A stretch of DNA of 63,755 nucleotides, the filler included, from Olpidium bornovanus S191 (Eukaryota > Fungi > Olpidiomycota), in assembly GCA_017911155.1 (NCBI GenBank). It is 28 parts of 28 records of this genome, joined end to end, with 100 filler letters (N's around TTAATTAATTAA, not from the genome) between each part and the next. Parts side by side here need not be neighbours in the genome. Positions count along the whole stretch, not along the records: positions 9,224 to 12,658 come from JAEFCI010012207.1; positions 12,759 to 15,346 come from JAEFCI010000454.1; positions 15,447 to 17,754 come from JAEFCI010012400.1; positions 17,855 to 20,235 come from JAEFCI010012126.1; positions 20,336 to 21,428 come from JAEFCI010009637.1; positions 21,529 to 25,346 come from JAEFCI010010879.1; 22 more parts are not named here. The stretch is one strand, 5' to 3'. The position numbers and the translations under genes were made by a program. The notes under the pieces are model-generated. The model had not been told where the DNA came from and did not search any database. It was given only the letters and a program-made list of their open reading frames with translations. Of this stretch, positions 11,309 through 23,400 are shown in pieces. Positions within the stretch are counted from its first letter, which is position 1; each line of letters opens with the position of its first letter.

Positions 11309-12658
11309 ATGCCGGATGCCCCGGCGGCGGCGACGGCGGCGACGGCGGCGGCGGCGGCCTTCGGGCTCGAGGAACTGGAGCGCAACAGCCGCAGAAACCT
11401 CCTCGACGGCCCGCCGGTGGACCAGTTCAACCGCTACGCCATGCCCCCGGAGTGGCGGCTGGGCCGGGGGGGGCACTCTCCGCCCATGCTGTGGTCGGGG
11501 GCCTCGAGGACCCTGATCGTCGCCGTGTCGGCGCTCTCCAAGCTCTGGCTCGCCGCGTTTTCCGGGAAAGTCACCGTCGTCAACAGGGACTCGTTCGTGC
11601 GCACGCTGATGGACAGAGACAGGAAGCAGCCGCTGCTGACCAGTGGGTAACGCCCCCGCCTCCCCCGGCGGAATATACGCGATGGAACGAGCGGACTCTT
11701 CCGTTAAAAAGAATTCCGGAGGGATGAAGGGGGGGGTTGAGAGGGGGCAACGGATAGAGGCCGGCGGGCAATACGTCGATCCTCCCCGACCCCGTACCAT
11801 CAAAATGTTCGGAGCGTCTGATTCACCAACCCGTATTCGCTCTCCGCGACCCGCGGCTCGAACGTTCCCCGCCTGGCAATCGGCAAATGCAGTCACGAAC
11901 CACACTTCGGTGTACGTGTCTTCCCTCCCAAAATCGACGTGCACGTGCGGGCGCCCCGCTTTCAGCCCGGCCTTTGTCAATCCTTCTGAACCCTGAAAAG
12001 GCGCCGGCGGCCGGATTTTTACGCCGCGGAAACAGCGTAGATGACCCGGTCATGTGGGGTTTATTACCCTGGCGTGCGATTTTCAGCCCATACCGCCATA
12101 TGAGATGGTCTCTCGTCGCCCACAACATCTGCTTCGTGAATAAGTACGTGATACACGTGATCCTAAAAAAAGAGCGCGAAAAAGCAACCAGTTTCGTATA
12201 CCTTCTTTTACCTTGGCCGCCCGGATCCCGATTGATACCCGAGTGGTCCGCGATGCAGGCCGCTGGCGGAGTTTTTCCTTCTTGGGCAATGCCTCCCTAT
12301 CGTTCGCGGGGCCGGCATCCACCAGCCGGGGATGTACAAGGCCGTCGAACTGCTCAACCTGGGACGATGGGTGCACATATTTCCCGAGGGGCGGGTCAAC
12401 CAGGATTCGCCGACGCTGCTCAAATTCAAGTGGGGCGTCGGCCAGCTTATTATGGAAAGCGAGGTCCCGCCGATCGTCATTCCTATATGGCAAAGAGGTT
12501 GGTGTCCACCGCACGGTTCTTCGTCTTTGATCTTCTTCACGCTTGAAAAACAATAAACCCCGTTTTCCTCTCTTTCCAGAACGCAGCACTGCTCCCGGCG
12601 GGCAGCTCCCGGCTCTAACAATGTGTGCGTTCACCTGACAGGCCTTGAGGAAGTCATG
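11309..12658 (+). CDS. TAZ1: Tafazzin (cardiolipin transacylase), 5 exons visible, 3' partial
   Basis: Spliced: ..SKLWL..VVNRDSF..RKQPLLT / ITNHTSV (19-nt exon 11893-11911) / VDDPVMWG..MRWSLVAHNICF / FFLLGQCLPIVRGAGIHQPGM..WVHIFPEGRVNQ..FKWGVGQLIME..PIVIPIW / GLEEVM. Confidence 0.95.
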
Positions 12659-12758
12659 NNNNNNNNNNNNNNNNNNNNNNNNNNNNNNNNNNNNNNNNNN
12701 NNTTAATTAATTAANNNNNNNNNNNNNNNNNNNNNNNNNNNNNNNNNNNNNNNNNNNN

Positions 12759-14770
12759 ACTGCACGCGGTTGAGCGATTTGGCGCCCTTAAAAGCCGCTC
12801 GAGTCCACTCCGGCATGTCGGAGATCGGGATCAGCTTCTCGTTGTCAGCAAAGGGCTTGGGCTTTGGAGCCGGGACATGGATCTCTTCGTAGCCCTTGTC
12901 GGTCCGCTTGAACGATCCCTCGGGGAGCTTGCACTTTTTGTTGGACATGAGGTGCCCTCCTTGAGAGAAAGCAAGGGCGTCAAGGTCAAGCACTGCGCGC
13001 GGCGCGAACTTGGAGCCTTCTTTAGTGACAGCGCCCTTTGCGGGAAGGACCGCCGGCACCGCTGCGGGCCGCTGGCCGGCGCCCTGGTCAATCTCCATCG
13101 CCCCTTCCACAACGCCTTTGCGCGCCCTCCCTTCCCCTCGGCGCGTCCGCTCCCCCGCCAAGTCTTTGAGAATCCATTCGGCACCCCGCCGCTTCATCTC
13201 CTCCTCGATCGCGGGCCTCTCGTCAACGGATGCTCGGACAAGGCGCGTGCACCAGACGATCATTTCGCGGTTGTGGGTGAGCACCTTGACGAGGTCGAAC
13301 TTGGTGTAAACAAAAAGTTCCATCAGCTCGTTCTCGCAATCGCGCGTGTCCAGCCCGTCGAGGTTGGACAGGATCTTCATGGTAGCAGCGGTCTTCTCGC
13401 CCGCGGTGTGGGGGTCGGGGTAGAAGTGGCTGATTACGCGCTGCAGCCAGAAGGCGTCGATGTCGTGAGGCTCGAGCTTGTCCTTAAGACGGCCTTCCGC
13501 GGTGTCTTTTTTCTTGTTCTTCTTTTTCTCGTTTTCATCGGCCGCGGCCGCCCCACCGACTACAAAAATACTCTCTTCCTCCTCCTCTCGTTCTTCGCTG
13601 AAGACGGCCTGGTCTGGCGGCTGGCCCGCGGCGGCCGTGTCCTCTCCGCCCTCGTCGCCTTCCCCGTCAGACTCGTCTCGAACCTCGAACACCTGATTGT
13701 CTTCCTCCTCTTCTCCTTCGTCAAATAGGACAGCGACGCCCAGCTGTTCGTCCAACGTTTTGTCCGCGTTGGCGCCGGCTTCTTCGTCCACAGCTCCCGT
13801 GTCCGCAGAGCCCGTGCTGGCCTGGTAGTCATTCAATTTCTTTGCAAGGTTCACTGCCTGCGCGAACCTTTCGGAGGATATCGGCCCGATTATGGACTCG
13901 ATTTCGCGCTTTTTGTCGAAGTCCTTCAGACCGTCGTCCTTCAAACTGCGCAGGATCGTATCCGTCGCGCTGCGGATGACGTCGTGCGTCTGGTCGCCGA
14001 GAAGCTCGCTGACGAACGACAGGATGAGCTCGTAAGCGGAGCGCGTCTCCTTTGTCTTGGGCCGGTAAGCCAGGCCTTCAAAATCTTCCGTCGCCGCCAA
14101 GATTGAGGAGTAGCCATAACCGCCAGACAGCGCCCTATCCAAAATTTTACGCGCATAACAAAAAATTGAATCAGTCGTTACTGTAAAATACGCGGATAAC
14201 CGGAGGACCGCCGTGGAAACAAGCGACCACGCGCGCGCAATCTCGCCCGTTCCCGCGCTTCTTTCCGGTAGCGGGGTGGAACAGCGTGGACGGCGAACGC
14301 GACGCCAAAACGGCCCTCGCTTCCTGCTCCCGTGGCTGTCGTCGGTGCCCCGTACTGGTAGGCAAACCACCTCCGCCCCCCTCCCGACCGCCTCGCTCCT
14401 CCCCCTCCACGTCTCCCCCTTCCTGCGCACGGTCGCCCATCCCTCTTTCCACGCACGTGCCAGACTCTCTCTTTGTCTCTCGCTCACTCTCTACTCACTT
14501 TTCAATCTTCCGCCGCCTGGCCCTTTCAAGTTTGGTAAGGTCGTCCTCCTGCTCGAGCTTTTTCTTTTTCTCCTTGTCCTTCACGAGCTGCGACGTGTCG
14601 CGCAGCGCCCGGGAGCCGAACTGCTTCGGATCGATCTTCCCGTAAAGCGACTCGGGCTCTCCCGACGGCTCCTGGTCCCTGCGCGGAAGGCTGTTCCTGT
14701 CTGCCTGCAGCACAAGGTTGGAATTTGCCGTGTACTGGTACTGCTTGGTCTTCTCGATGTTCTCGGCCAT
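12759..14770 (-). CDS. BRR2: U5 snRNP helicase BRR2/SNRNP200, N-terminal part (exons 14770-14499 and 14134-12759), 3' partial
   Basis: YQYTANSNLVLQADR..EPSGEPESL, YRPKTKETRSAYE, IDAFWLQR, RDCENELMELF, LAFSQGGHLMSNKKCKLPEGSFK..GYEEIHVPAP, LNRVQ. Confidence 0.97.
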
Positions 14771-15616
14771 GGATGCGGCGGAACGGCACTAAGGCACGGC
14801 TTGCTGGACTTGCGCGGAGCGAAGCGAAAGAGAGGGGTGGGGGGGGGGGGCGGGGGGGGGGGGGGGGGGGCGGGCGAGAGAGAGCGCGCGCAGAAAGGGA
14901 GCGGGTGTTCCTTCTTGGGAAGAGGACGGCCAAGACCGTCAGCTGGGCGCCTCCGCGTCGCCCTCGGCGCTGTGTTGCCGAGGGGGTCTGGTCTCGCGGC
15001 CAGCCTGGTGACGGACGGAGGAAAGAAAGACGGAGGGGCGGGGGAACAGACGGGGGGGATTGGGGCGGCGGCTTGTTATTTGTTTTACTGGCACTCCAGC
15101 CGGCTTGTCAGTGAACATTCAATTCCGCCAGTCTAAGACTCGTCATTTGCAATAAAATGGAGAACTGGGGTGGAGCAGAGAAAGCTCTTTTTCCTCTTGA
15201 TTCTATGGGGTGGAGTGGGTGGGTGCATGTCTCTGTACCGGCAATCTAGGGCGCTCTCCTGACTCTCTCCTGAAAACGTAACACAACGCCAACGGCAAAA
15301 ACCTTTTTCCGGCATTTTATCAGCACCAGAGCCTCCCCCCCCCCACNNNNNNNNNNNNNNNNNNNNNNNNNNNNNNNNNNNNNNNNNNNNTTAATTAATT
15401 AANNNNNNNNNNNNNNNNNNNNNNNNNNNNNNNNNNNNNNNNNNNNAACAGCAAGTACAATTCGGTCGCCTCCATCAAGGAGCGCCTCGCCCGCCTTCGG
15501 ACCGTCGGAAGCGAGTCGCGGAACAACTGATTTCGGCTGCGGTCTCATCTCCACACACACCCCCCCCCCCCCCCCTTTCCCCCCCCGCCCCCCCCCCCCC
15601 CCCCCCCCGCACGCAC

Positions 15617-15740
15617 CTTTCTCCTTCAGAGCGGTGCCCTGCCGGTGCGTCCGCGCCGCAAACCTGTGGAACGCGGGGCTCTGCAGCAGCCTCTCCGTGA
15701 CCCACGTCGCGACCATCTGCTGTATGATCCTGTTCAGCAT
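15617..15740 (-). CDS. MRX7-like small mitochondrial protein, first exon
   Basis: MLNRIIQQMVATWVTERLLQSPAFHRFAARTH matches the Mrx7 pattern W..KLLxSPxFHRFV. A GTGCGT donor follows. Confidence 0.55.
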
Positions 15741-16987
15741 GCTTTTTCTCACTTGTTTTTTTTTTTATCTGCCTGTTGCGATGACCAAAACGGACGTCTT
15801 TCGCGGGACCGTGCGGTTTTTGGTTTTGTAATTTTTTTTTTTTTTTTTTTTTTTGCCCTCTTCCGTTCGAGGTCCGAGCCTTGTGAAGGGGGAGGGAGAG
15901 GGGGAGGCGGAACTCTCGAAGCCGCCTTCTCCCAAATTCAAGGCACGTGACAAACGGCAAAAGATCACGCAAAAATCCGCGTGATCACGTGGCAGATCGC
16001 CGCTGGCTGGCCCGCGGGTTTCGCTGGGGGAGGGAAGGAAAGAGTAAAAGGGGGAAAGCGCCCGAGTCACGTGGCCCGGCACACTTTTTCCCTGGGCGCC
16101 CCCCGCCTCCCGTCGCCGCGGTGGGCGGGGCACGCCGGCCGGGAGTTGAGAGAGGCAACCCAACAGAACGCGCGCGTCAGAAAAAAAAAAAAAACATTAC
16201 CGTTTCCCGGTTTTTCCCTGGCATCGAAACCCGCGGAACGCGGACGTTCGGGCGGGATTTCCTCCGAGATCCTTTCCCCATCCCCTCCCCCTTTTCTTTT
16301 TGGCGGAAACGGCGGGGGGGTGGGGGTGGGCTGCGGCGGGTGTGGCGGTGTGGGGGGAGGGAAGTGAGTGTCTTCCTTGCTGCTGCTGCACCGCTTTCGG
16401 AACAGCGGGTCGCGTTCTGGAGAGGGGCTGCCCATCTTGGAAACCACCAGCGCAAAAACATCCAGACACCCAACCCGTTTTGTAGCCGGAAAGCCTAGGT
16501 GAAAAAAAAAACAAAAAAGGTCCGTGAGAGGAGCCAGTCGGAAAGTAGGGGGGGGGGGAAACAAAGAAAAATGCCAAAGAACAAATAGTGGCTTTGTTTC
16601 TATGGAGGGGGCTCCAGCTGGTGTGCGGGAACAGCCCGGGAGCAGTGAGTCTCGTAAACACGAATATCCATTTTCTTTTCGTTTGTTTGGAAGGTAAGGG
16701 ATTTGGATAGCACGAGCTGGAGAGAGGGGCAAACAGAGATATCTACCGCCGGGAAATTAAGAAAGGGAAAGGCAACGGGTACAAGTGTCGGAATACAGGC
16801 CAAAACGACAATACGAGGGGGAAGCGGTGAATAAGCCGTAATAAATAACATTCGGGTGACAGTGGACGAGAAACCAAATTCACGGTTGACGGGGAATTTC
16901 TCCAAAAAAAAAGAAAAAAAAGAGAGAGAAAAAAAAACGAAAATGTAGCGGAGGAAGGTATTCTGGTTGAGAAAACGGGGGAAAAAA

Positions 16988-17034
<47 letters not shown>

Positions 17035-17178
17035 CGGGGGGGGGGGGGGGGGGGAGGTGGGGACGGGAAAGCGAAACTTAGGTTCTGCTTGGTCCGAAGA
17101 AGCTGCGTGACGCTTTGGAGTTATGTCGCGTGAGGGATCGCCCGAGGCCGGCGTTTCCGCAGAACTCAGTGTCCAGGC

Positions 17179-17754
17179 TCACTCGGCGGGCGCGGCGTTC
17201 TCGTCAATTCCGCCGGCGCGGAAGGAGCGGGTCCCTCTCTGGCGGGCGGGTGTCCGGGATTCGCGTGACCTGGCGGCCGCTATGGGACGGATAGGCGACG
17301 AGGCCGCCAGTCTGCGCAACTTGGCGGGCCGACCGCCGGCGTCCGGATCTTCGGCCGGCGAGGAGGGCTGCGCCGGTCGGCGCCGCTTGCGGGCGTTCGG
17401 CACCGCGATGTCCTGAACTGGCGTCTCTGATTTGACCGTTTTCTTGGCTCGGCGAGGTGTCCCCGGGATGTCCGCCTGCAATGATTCCGACATTGCCGCG
17501 GCCGCGGCCGGCGAAGCCCCCTTGCCGGATCGACGGGTTCTGGTTACGCTTGTCGCCGCTTGCTTTCTCACGGATCCGCCGGCAGACCTTGCCGTGGCCA
17601 ACATCGCAGGGGCCGGATCCAGCGAAGTAAGACTCCTCAGAGTCTGAGGCTGCGGCCGCTTGGGGCGGGGTTTCGCCGTGGGACCGCCCAGGCCGACGAC
17701 GACTCTCGGGCTGGAGCCGCACTTCGGGTCAAATTCGTCGTCAGACGGCCATGG
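17179..17754 (-). CDS. Hypothetical disordered S/P/A/R-rich C-terminus, 5' partial
   Basis: Frame open from the contig end to TGA (PWPSDDEFDP..ENAAPAE*). No domain recognised. Confidence 0.35.
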   Translation of the reverse strand, partial: PWPSDDEFDPKCGSSPRVVVGLGGPTAKPRPKRPQPQTLRSLTSLDPAPAMLATARSAGGSVRKQAATSVTRTRRSGKGASPAAAAAMSESLQADIPGTPRRAKKTVKSETPVQDIAVPNARKRRRPAQPSSPAEDPDAGGRPAKLRRLAASSPIRPIAAARSRESRTPARQRGTRSFRAGGIDENAAPAE

Positions 17755-17854
17755 NNNNNNNNNNNNNNNNNNNNNNNNNNNNNNNNNNNNNNNNNNNNTT
17801 AATTAATTAANNNNNNNNNNNNNNNNNNNNNNNNNNNNNNNNNNNNNNNNNNNN

Positions 17855-18135
17855 CATGGCTGGTCGTAATCGGCCGCGGCTTGGCGGCCAACGGCACCGT
17901 CGAGATTCAGACGAGGGCGAACAGGGAGAAGAAGAACGTGAAGTTTGAGGACGTGAAGGCCTGGTTTGAAGCAGCGGTGCGTGCGTGGGAGGAGTCTACC
18001 GGGTCGATAGAACAGCCATTAAGGGGAAAGCAGGTTTGCGGAAGCGAAGGTAGTGGCTCGGCTTCGACGGAGGAAAGATCTTTGTACGATGGCGAGAGCA
18101 CAGACGCGAGGAGAACCGCTCAAACCTGTTGTTGA
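17855..18135 (+). CDS. HGTP-type anticodon-binding domain C-terminus (class IIa aaRS, probably mitochondrial ProRS), 5' partial
   Basis: WLVVIGRGLAANGTVEIQTRANREKKNVKFEDV fits the GxPxxVVVG..G.VEVK.R.TGEK..V pattern. Confidence 0.65.
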
Positions 18136-18599
18136 GAAGAGGTAGTCTATACATTTTATGTTTCGGTGGAAAATATGAGGGCGCCCTTTGGCGTTTTTTT
18201 TTTCTTTATTTTTTGGCTCCTATCCCGCTTGCCCGGGCCCGATCCCGCGGAGGGCACCCAGATTATTTTGCCAGCTTTCCCACGTAGCCCGTTAATAAAA
18301 AAAGAAGCGGTATTTAACGCGCGCTGCGAACAATTCGACACGTGTGGAGTAGATTATGGGCGCCCGGGTCTAAGGCGTCGAAAAGTCGGGAACAGGGAGC
18401 GCAGCGTTTGCGGGCGTCACGATAAACGCGAGGTATGTATATGTTTCTTTTCACGCGAAACCCTTGACTGGAAGGGCCGGGAGATGAGAGAGAAAAAAAT
18501 AAACGCCGACGTCAGCGGACCCGGGCGCCGGGCGGACCTCGATTCCGCGACGCAAAACATCTCGGGGACGGAAAATAAAAAAAACAACAAAACTCTCAC

Positions 18600-19464
18600 A
18601 GTCGACTTCCGCGGAGAACATCCCTTGCCGCACGACCGTGCCGTAGCAGAAGCCGAGCGATTGGAGCACGACGGCGACGATGTTTATGGCCACCAGGCGC
18701 GGCTCGACGTCCTGGGTGCCGGTCGTGCCGAAGAAGAGGAGCCATATCGTGCCGTCCTGCTCGATGGGGATCAGCTGTATTCGCAGCATCAGGAGAAACA
18801 GGAAGAACATCGCCGAAGAGATGCTCCAGACGACGTACTGGCCGGGGGGTGGGGAAAACACGGCGGAGGGGAGGAAGGGCAGAGGAGTGAGGAGGGGGGG
18901 GAAGATGGGATGTTTTAGGGTGCTTCCGCGGCTAAGAAGAGTCAATCTCGACCCCGTTCTTCAATTTTTTCGTTTTTTTTTTTTTCTACGCACGCAGTAC
19001 ATGAGGATGTGGGGCCTGAAGCCGAAGCAGATGGTCTGGTCCCACTCCTCCGGATCGAACCGCCACGCGGCCGCCAAAGCCATGGCGGGGAACGCGAACT
19101 GGATGATGTGAGAGTAGGACACCGCGTCGCCTTCCGCCAGCCCGTACGCGAGCTGTAAGCCGATCTCCGCCTGCCGTGGCGTATCAGGTTTTTTTATTTT
19201 GTTTATTTTTTTTTATGCCGTTCGGGAGGGCGGGGAGACGCGGGAGGGCCGAGAGGCGGGAGAGCCCGGGGAGACAACGAAGCGGATTGGGGAAAAAAAA
19301 ACGTTATTCAAACTGCCGGAGATCTTCCCCCCCCCCCCCCCCCCCCCCCCCCTTTTTCCTCTCTCCCATTGCGAAACGCACGAATTCCTGGGAAAGGAGA
19401 AAAGAATACGTACGATCTGGACGACCAGGAACGCGGTGAACAGAGCTTTTGGTAGCGTTTTCAT
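18600..19464 (-). CDS. Unidentified multi-pass membrane protein, at least 3 exons
   Basis: Hydrophobic exons with GT donors: MKTLPKALFTAFLVVQI; AEIGLQLAYG..IIQFAFPAMALAAAW..RPHILMYC; YVVWSISSAMFFLFLLML..IWLLFFG..LVAINIVAVVLQSLGFCYG..EVD. Confidence 0.55.
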
Positions 19465-20064
19465 CGCTCAGGGAAAAAACGGGTGAAAGAAGGGGGGGGG
19501 GGAAAGGGGTTGTGCGGGTGTGTGTAGGTGGGGTGGAGGAGGGGAGCGTTCAGGCGCTTTGCGCGTGAGCGGATTCGGAGCTCCCGACTTGCGGTTCGTT
19601 GGTTCGTTTCCTGCCCTTGCTGTCACCAAAGATTTTTTTTCTTCTTCTTCTTTTTTTTCTATTTGAAGCGGGGGCGGGGGAATTTTTTGTGCACTCGCTT
19701 CGTTTCTTCTCCCCGCTTACCTTGGATACGGGAAGAGGCGGTGGGACGCGTTTCGCTCCTTTTCCCCCTTTCGGTTGCGTGCCTCGGAATTTTTTTTTTG
19801 TTTCTGTTTTTTTGTTTACGCCTTCTCCCTGGAAACGAAATTATCTCGCCAAAAACCGTCTCCCTTCCTTCCCCCCCTTCCCCCCCACCCACGCCGACCC
19901 CCGCCTCGTCCTCCTCCTTCCTCCTCATCGGCGGTTTGCGGGGCAAAAACAAAAACATAAAAAAAGGAAAAAAAAAAGAGGGGGGAAGAAAGAAAATTGC
20001 GGAAGCGCGCGCGGGAAAAATAAAGGTCCGAACCGGGCCGCAGATCTTGGAATGCCCGACGTCA

Positions 20065-20113
<49 letters not shown>

Positions 20114-20691
20114 CCCCTCCCCCCCTTTTCTTCCCCGCCTCGCTTCCTCCCTTCCGTCCCCTCCCGCCAATTTCTGGGCCGGCCGCGCCGAAAAACAAGA
20201 AATCCCGCGAAAATAATTCAACGCACGCTCCCTTCNNNNNNNNNNNNNNNNNNNNNNNNNNNNNNNNNNNNNNNNNNNNTTAATTAATTAANNNNNNNNN
20301 NNNNNNNNNNNNNNNNNNNNNNNNNNNNNNNNNNNAAAAAAAAAAAAAAAATCGTGCAGCGTGAGGCGCGGAAGATTGCCGGTGGACGCACTCAGGACCG
20401 GACCATACTCGCTCGTCGACCACATTTGCTGACAGTGCTATCTGCGGCGTTATGGACGGTTAGGTCGATGAGAGGGAGAAGGGCGCCTCGAGGCTCCAAA
20501 CGTCAGGTTGAAGGCGAAGAAGGGATGGCGGCGGTCTCGAATGAAGGAGGCAGAGTGACCAAGTTTCAACTACAAAATGCCAAGATCAAATTCCAAAACT
20601 TGCACTCGAAATTCCACCGTATTTACGTTTTTTTTTTCTTTATTGTTGCGTTTCCCTCTGGAGGGAAGGAGAAAGGGGAGTGGCGTTGCGA

Positions 20692-21428
20692 CTACGGAAC
20701 GGACGGCATGTCAGCTGCTGCCAAGCCGGGAGCCGACGCGTTGCCACAGGAAGAAGATGAGCCGGGAGCAGCGGTCGCCGAGGAAGATCCGCTGGCAGAT
20801 GGCGGCGCGGGCGTGGTCGCTGAAGAAGGCTCGCTGGTAGCAAGGGGCATGAGAACCGAAGAGGCGGAGGTCGACAACGAAAGGGTGGCGGCGGATGTCC
20901 GCGACCGTGTGCTGCGATGACTGCTGGGGGCGGTGGCAGTCGCGATCCTGCGACTTGTTGTGGAGGCAGAGAAGGAACTGGATGTTGCCGAGGCCGGCAC
21001 GTGTCTGGTCGTCGATGCGGAGGCGCGTCTGGCGCGAGCTTGCGACCGTGTGACGCGATCTGAAGGGGGAGGAGCATCCTCGTCCCTGCCACCTCCTTCA
21101 GGATTGTCGTCGTCGTCGCGCGGAACGTCCCGCCAAATGTCTGAGAAGAGAAAATTTCGTGAGCGTGTTTGGCCTTGATCGACCCAGGATATGTCAATGG
21201 GAGGATCCTCTCGTGCGACCGCGAGCCGGCGGAGAAAATTATAAGATTTGGCGCTTTGGTGGAGCTCCGGGAACCAGGAGCTCCGGGCGCGGGGAGAAAT
21301 GGCTGCCGGGGCATCGTCTGCAAGCTCGGCGTCTGGCTGCGGCGGAGAGACCGGGTGCATGAGGACGCGAACCTGAATATAACTGTCATCAGCGACAGGA
21401 GCGAGGCGCGGATCGTAGTCGCGATCTT
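20692..21428 (-). CDS. Hypothetical protein C-terminus with Ser/Thr-rich tail, 5' partial (possibly TE-derived)
   Basis: Frame open from the contig end (DRDYDPRL..YNFLRRL..IDISWVD..SDIWRD) to TAG. No family recognised. Confidence 0.35.
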
Positions 21429-21528
21429 NNNNNNNNNNNNNNNNNNNNNNNNNNNNNNNNNNNNNNNNNNNNTTAATTAATTAANNNNNNNNNNNNNNNN
21501 NNNNNNNNNNNNNNNNNNNNNNNNNNNN

Positions 21529-22720
21529 AGGGCATCATTTGGGTACACATTGTGGTTGGTGCTTTGGTCAAAACAGAAGACACCAACACAATTGGGATGA
21601 AAAGCCTCAAAAATTAAAAGGGCCTTTTCTTGCAGCTGTTTCACCATGTCCGTATTTTTCCACCATCCATCTTTGTTTTTGCCGGGCTGGATGATCACTT
21701 TGGCTTCTTCCGGAAGATTGCGGTCTTTGGCGTCCTCAGCCGGAAGACGCAGCGGACCATGGCATTCGCACAAGAAGTCACTAACCATAAGTAATCCTCC
21801 TTGGCCCTTTTTCTTGATAATCGACTCACCGTCCTCCATCCACATGGACGTCTTTGCACCATTTAAGTAGAATGTAGGCCCGTCGTGCGTGACAAGCACG
21901 TGCTTGCTTTCCCAGATGCGTAAGCGTGGTGATTCGGTGACCTCCATGTCATCTCCAGTATACTGGTCCATGAGCTTTCTGTACTGGAGCATCTGTTTTG
22001 CCCAATCTTGGCGGTAGGCAACAACGTCTGGACGCTCGTGACCATCAAAATAAATTTGCTGCCCCCAGCAACTCGCTTCTTGAAACCCCAAAGTTTCATG
22101 AACTTGGCGACTGTAGAGATTGCGATCGTGGCCTCAACGCCCAGCTTGTCTGGAAAGATGACCGTTAGCAATTCACGCTGAAGATCTGCAGCTGAACGAT
22201 CTTGAGGTCTGCATGTCCGCAACCATTGGACACACCAAGCCTTGATGTCTTCGTCATCAAGAATTGACGCTCTTTTTGCGTGCTTCCCTTGGGTGTGCTC
22301 CGGTAATTTCCCGAGCTGAGCATATGTTCTGGCCCAAGCATGGATGCATCTTCCCGCATAATTTGTGGTTGTTGTCCACCGCTCCTTTGCCGCTTGCTCG
22401 GACGCTTTCACTTTCTTTGTTCCTCCGAGAACAAGTGCCATGTATCTCTGAATGCACATCAAGTGCTGCAGCTGATAACCAGAAACTGCGGCCAGTTCCG
22501 ATTTCTGGTTCTTGATACGTGCTAGAACATCCCGAAGTTTCTTTTTGGCGGCAGACAGCTTCTCCACTTCATCCATACCAACATCATTGTCCTCTTTGTC
22601 TTCGACGGCTTCATCCTCATTTTCTGCTACCGCACGCCGAAACATCTGGTCGACTCGCTGATATGACTTGGCATGCTGAGCCAGCTCTGCCTTTGCCTTG
22701 CGTTTTCTGTACTCCGTCAT
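21529..22720 (-). mobile_element. IS630/Tc1/mariner-related DDE transposase (YFDGHER type), one frameshift, 3' truncated by contig end
   Basis: HTQGKHAK..LDDEDI..W, WGF, IYFDGHERPDVVAYR, LVTHD, KKGQG..MVSDFL, PGKNKDGWW, IFEAFHP..FCFDQSTNH. The frame changes at the C5 run at about 22061-22065. Confidence 0.88.
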
Positions 22721-22878
22721 GCGAGAGCTGCCTGCATTGTCAGATTAAAACAGGTGATAAAGTTAGTCAACAACTGAGGAAAACAAAAACAGAAAAAAGT
22801 CGGTCAAATGTCGGTGGGTTGATGTTGAGTGGTGAGGTTGATGGGTGAAGGTTGAAGGGTGAGGAGTGATGAGTGAAG

Positions 22879-23400
22879 TGTACTGCGGCAAGGTTCGGCA
22901 AAGTTCACGTCTTTTTTTATTGCAACGTCAGGTCCGCGCTGGAGCTACGGGTAAGGTGACGAGGCTAACGAGTTCGGAAAGGGAAAGGTATTTCTTTTGG
23001 TCGGTTCAAGTCCGTGGAGTCTGTGTGGAACGGAGCTACGGAACGGGAAGGGCGCTATTTATGCCCGTCGACCGAGCAGAGAGGCAGAACGACGGCAGAG
23101 TCCGTCCCTCGTCCGCGCGGTCGCGGTTCCTCTCCCGCGTGGTCATGGTTCCCACGCGGGGTTCCGTGTTTGCGCGGTTGCGCGCGGGGGCAGTCTTTTG
23201 CTACCACGGGGGGGGACGTGGTTGGCGGTGGGGGACCGCATGTGGTGTCGCTACGGGAGCGGGGCTATCTTATTGGTCGGGCCATGGTTCACGTGACCGT
23301 CCAGCCTCCGCCTCCGAGTTCACCGCCCGCCGCCGCGCGCTCCTTGGCGTCCTCCTTGGCGCCTTGGACAGTTGGGGCGGTGGACAGTGCCACAGCAACA
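22879..23400 (-). mobile_element. Solo LTR copy A (522 bp) with 5-bp TSD TGAAG
   Basis: TGT..ACA termini; TGAAG at 22874-22878 and 23401-23405; CATAAATAG TATA-like box and AATAAA on the minus strand; clearly homologous to copy B. Confidence 0.85.

Noticed and set aside
19528-20283. ORFs with poly-F, poly-K, poly-G or poly-P tracts
   Set aside because: They are translations of non-coding homopolymer runs.
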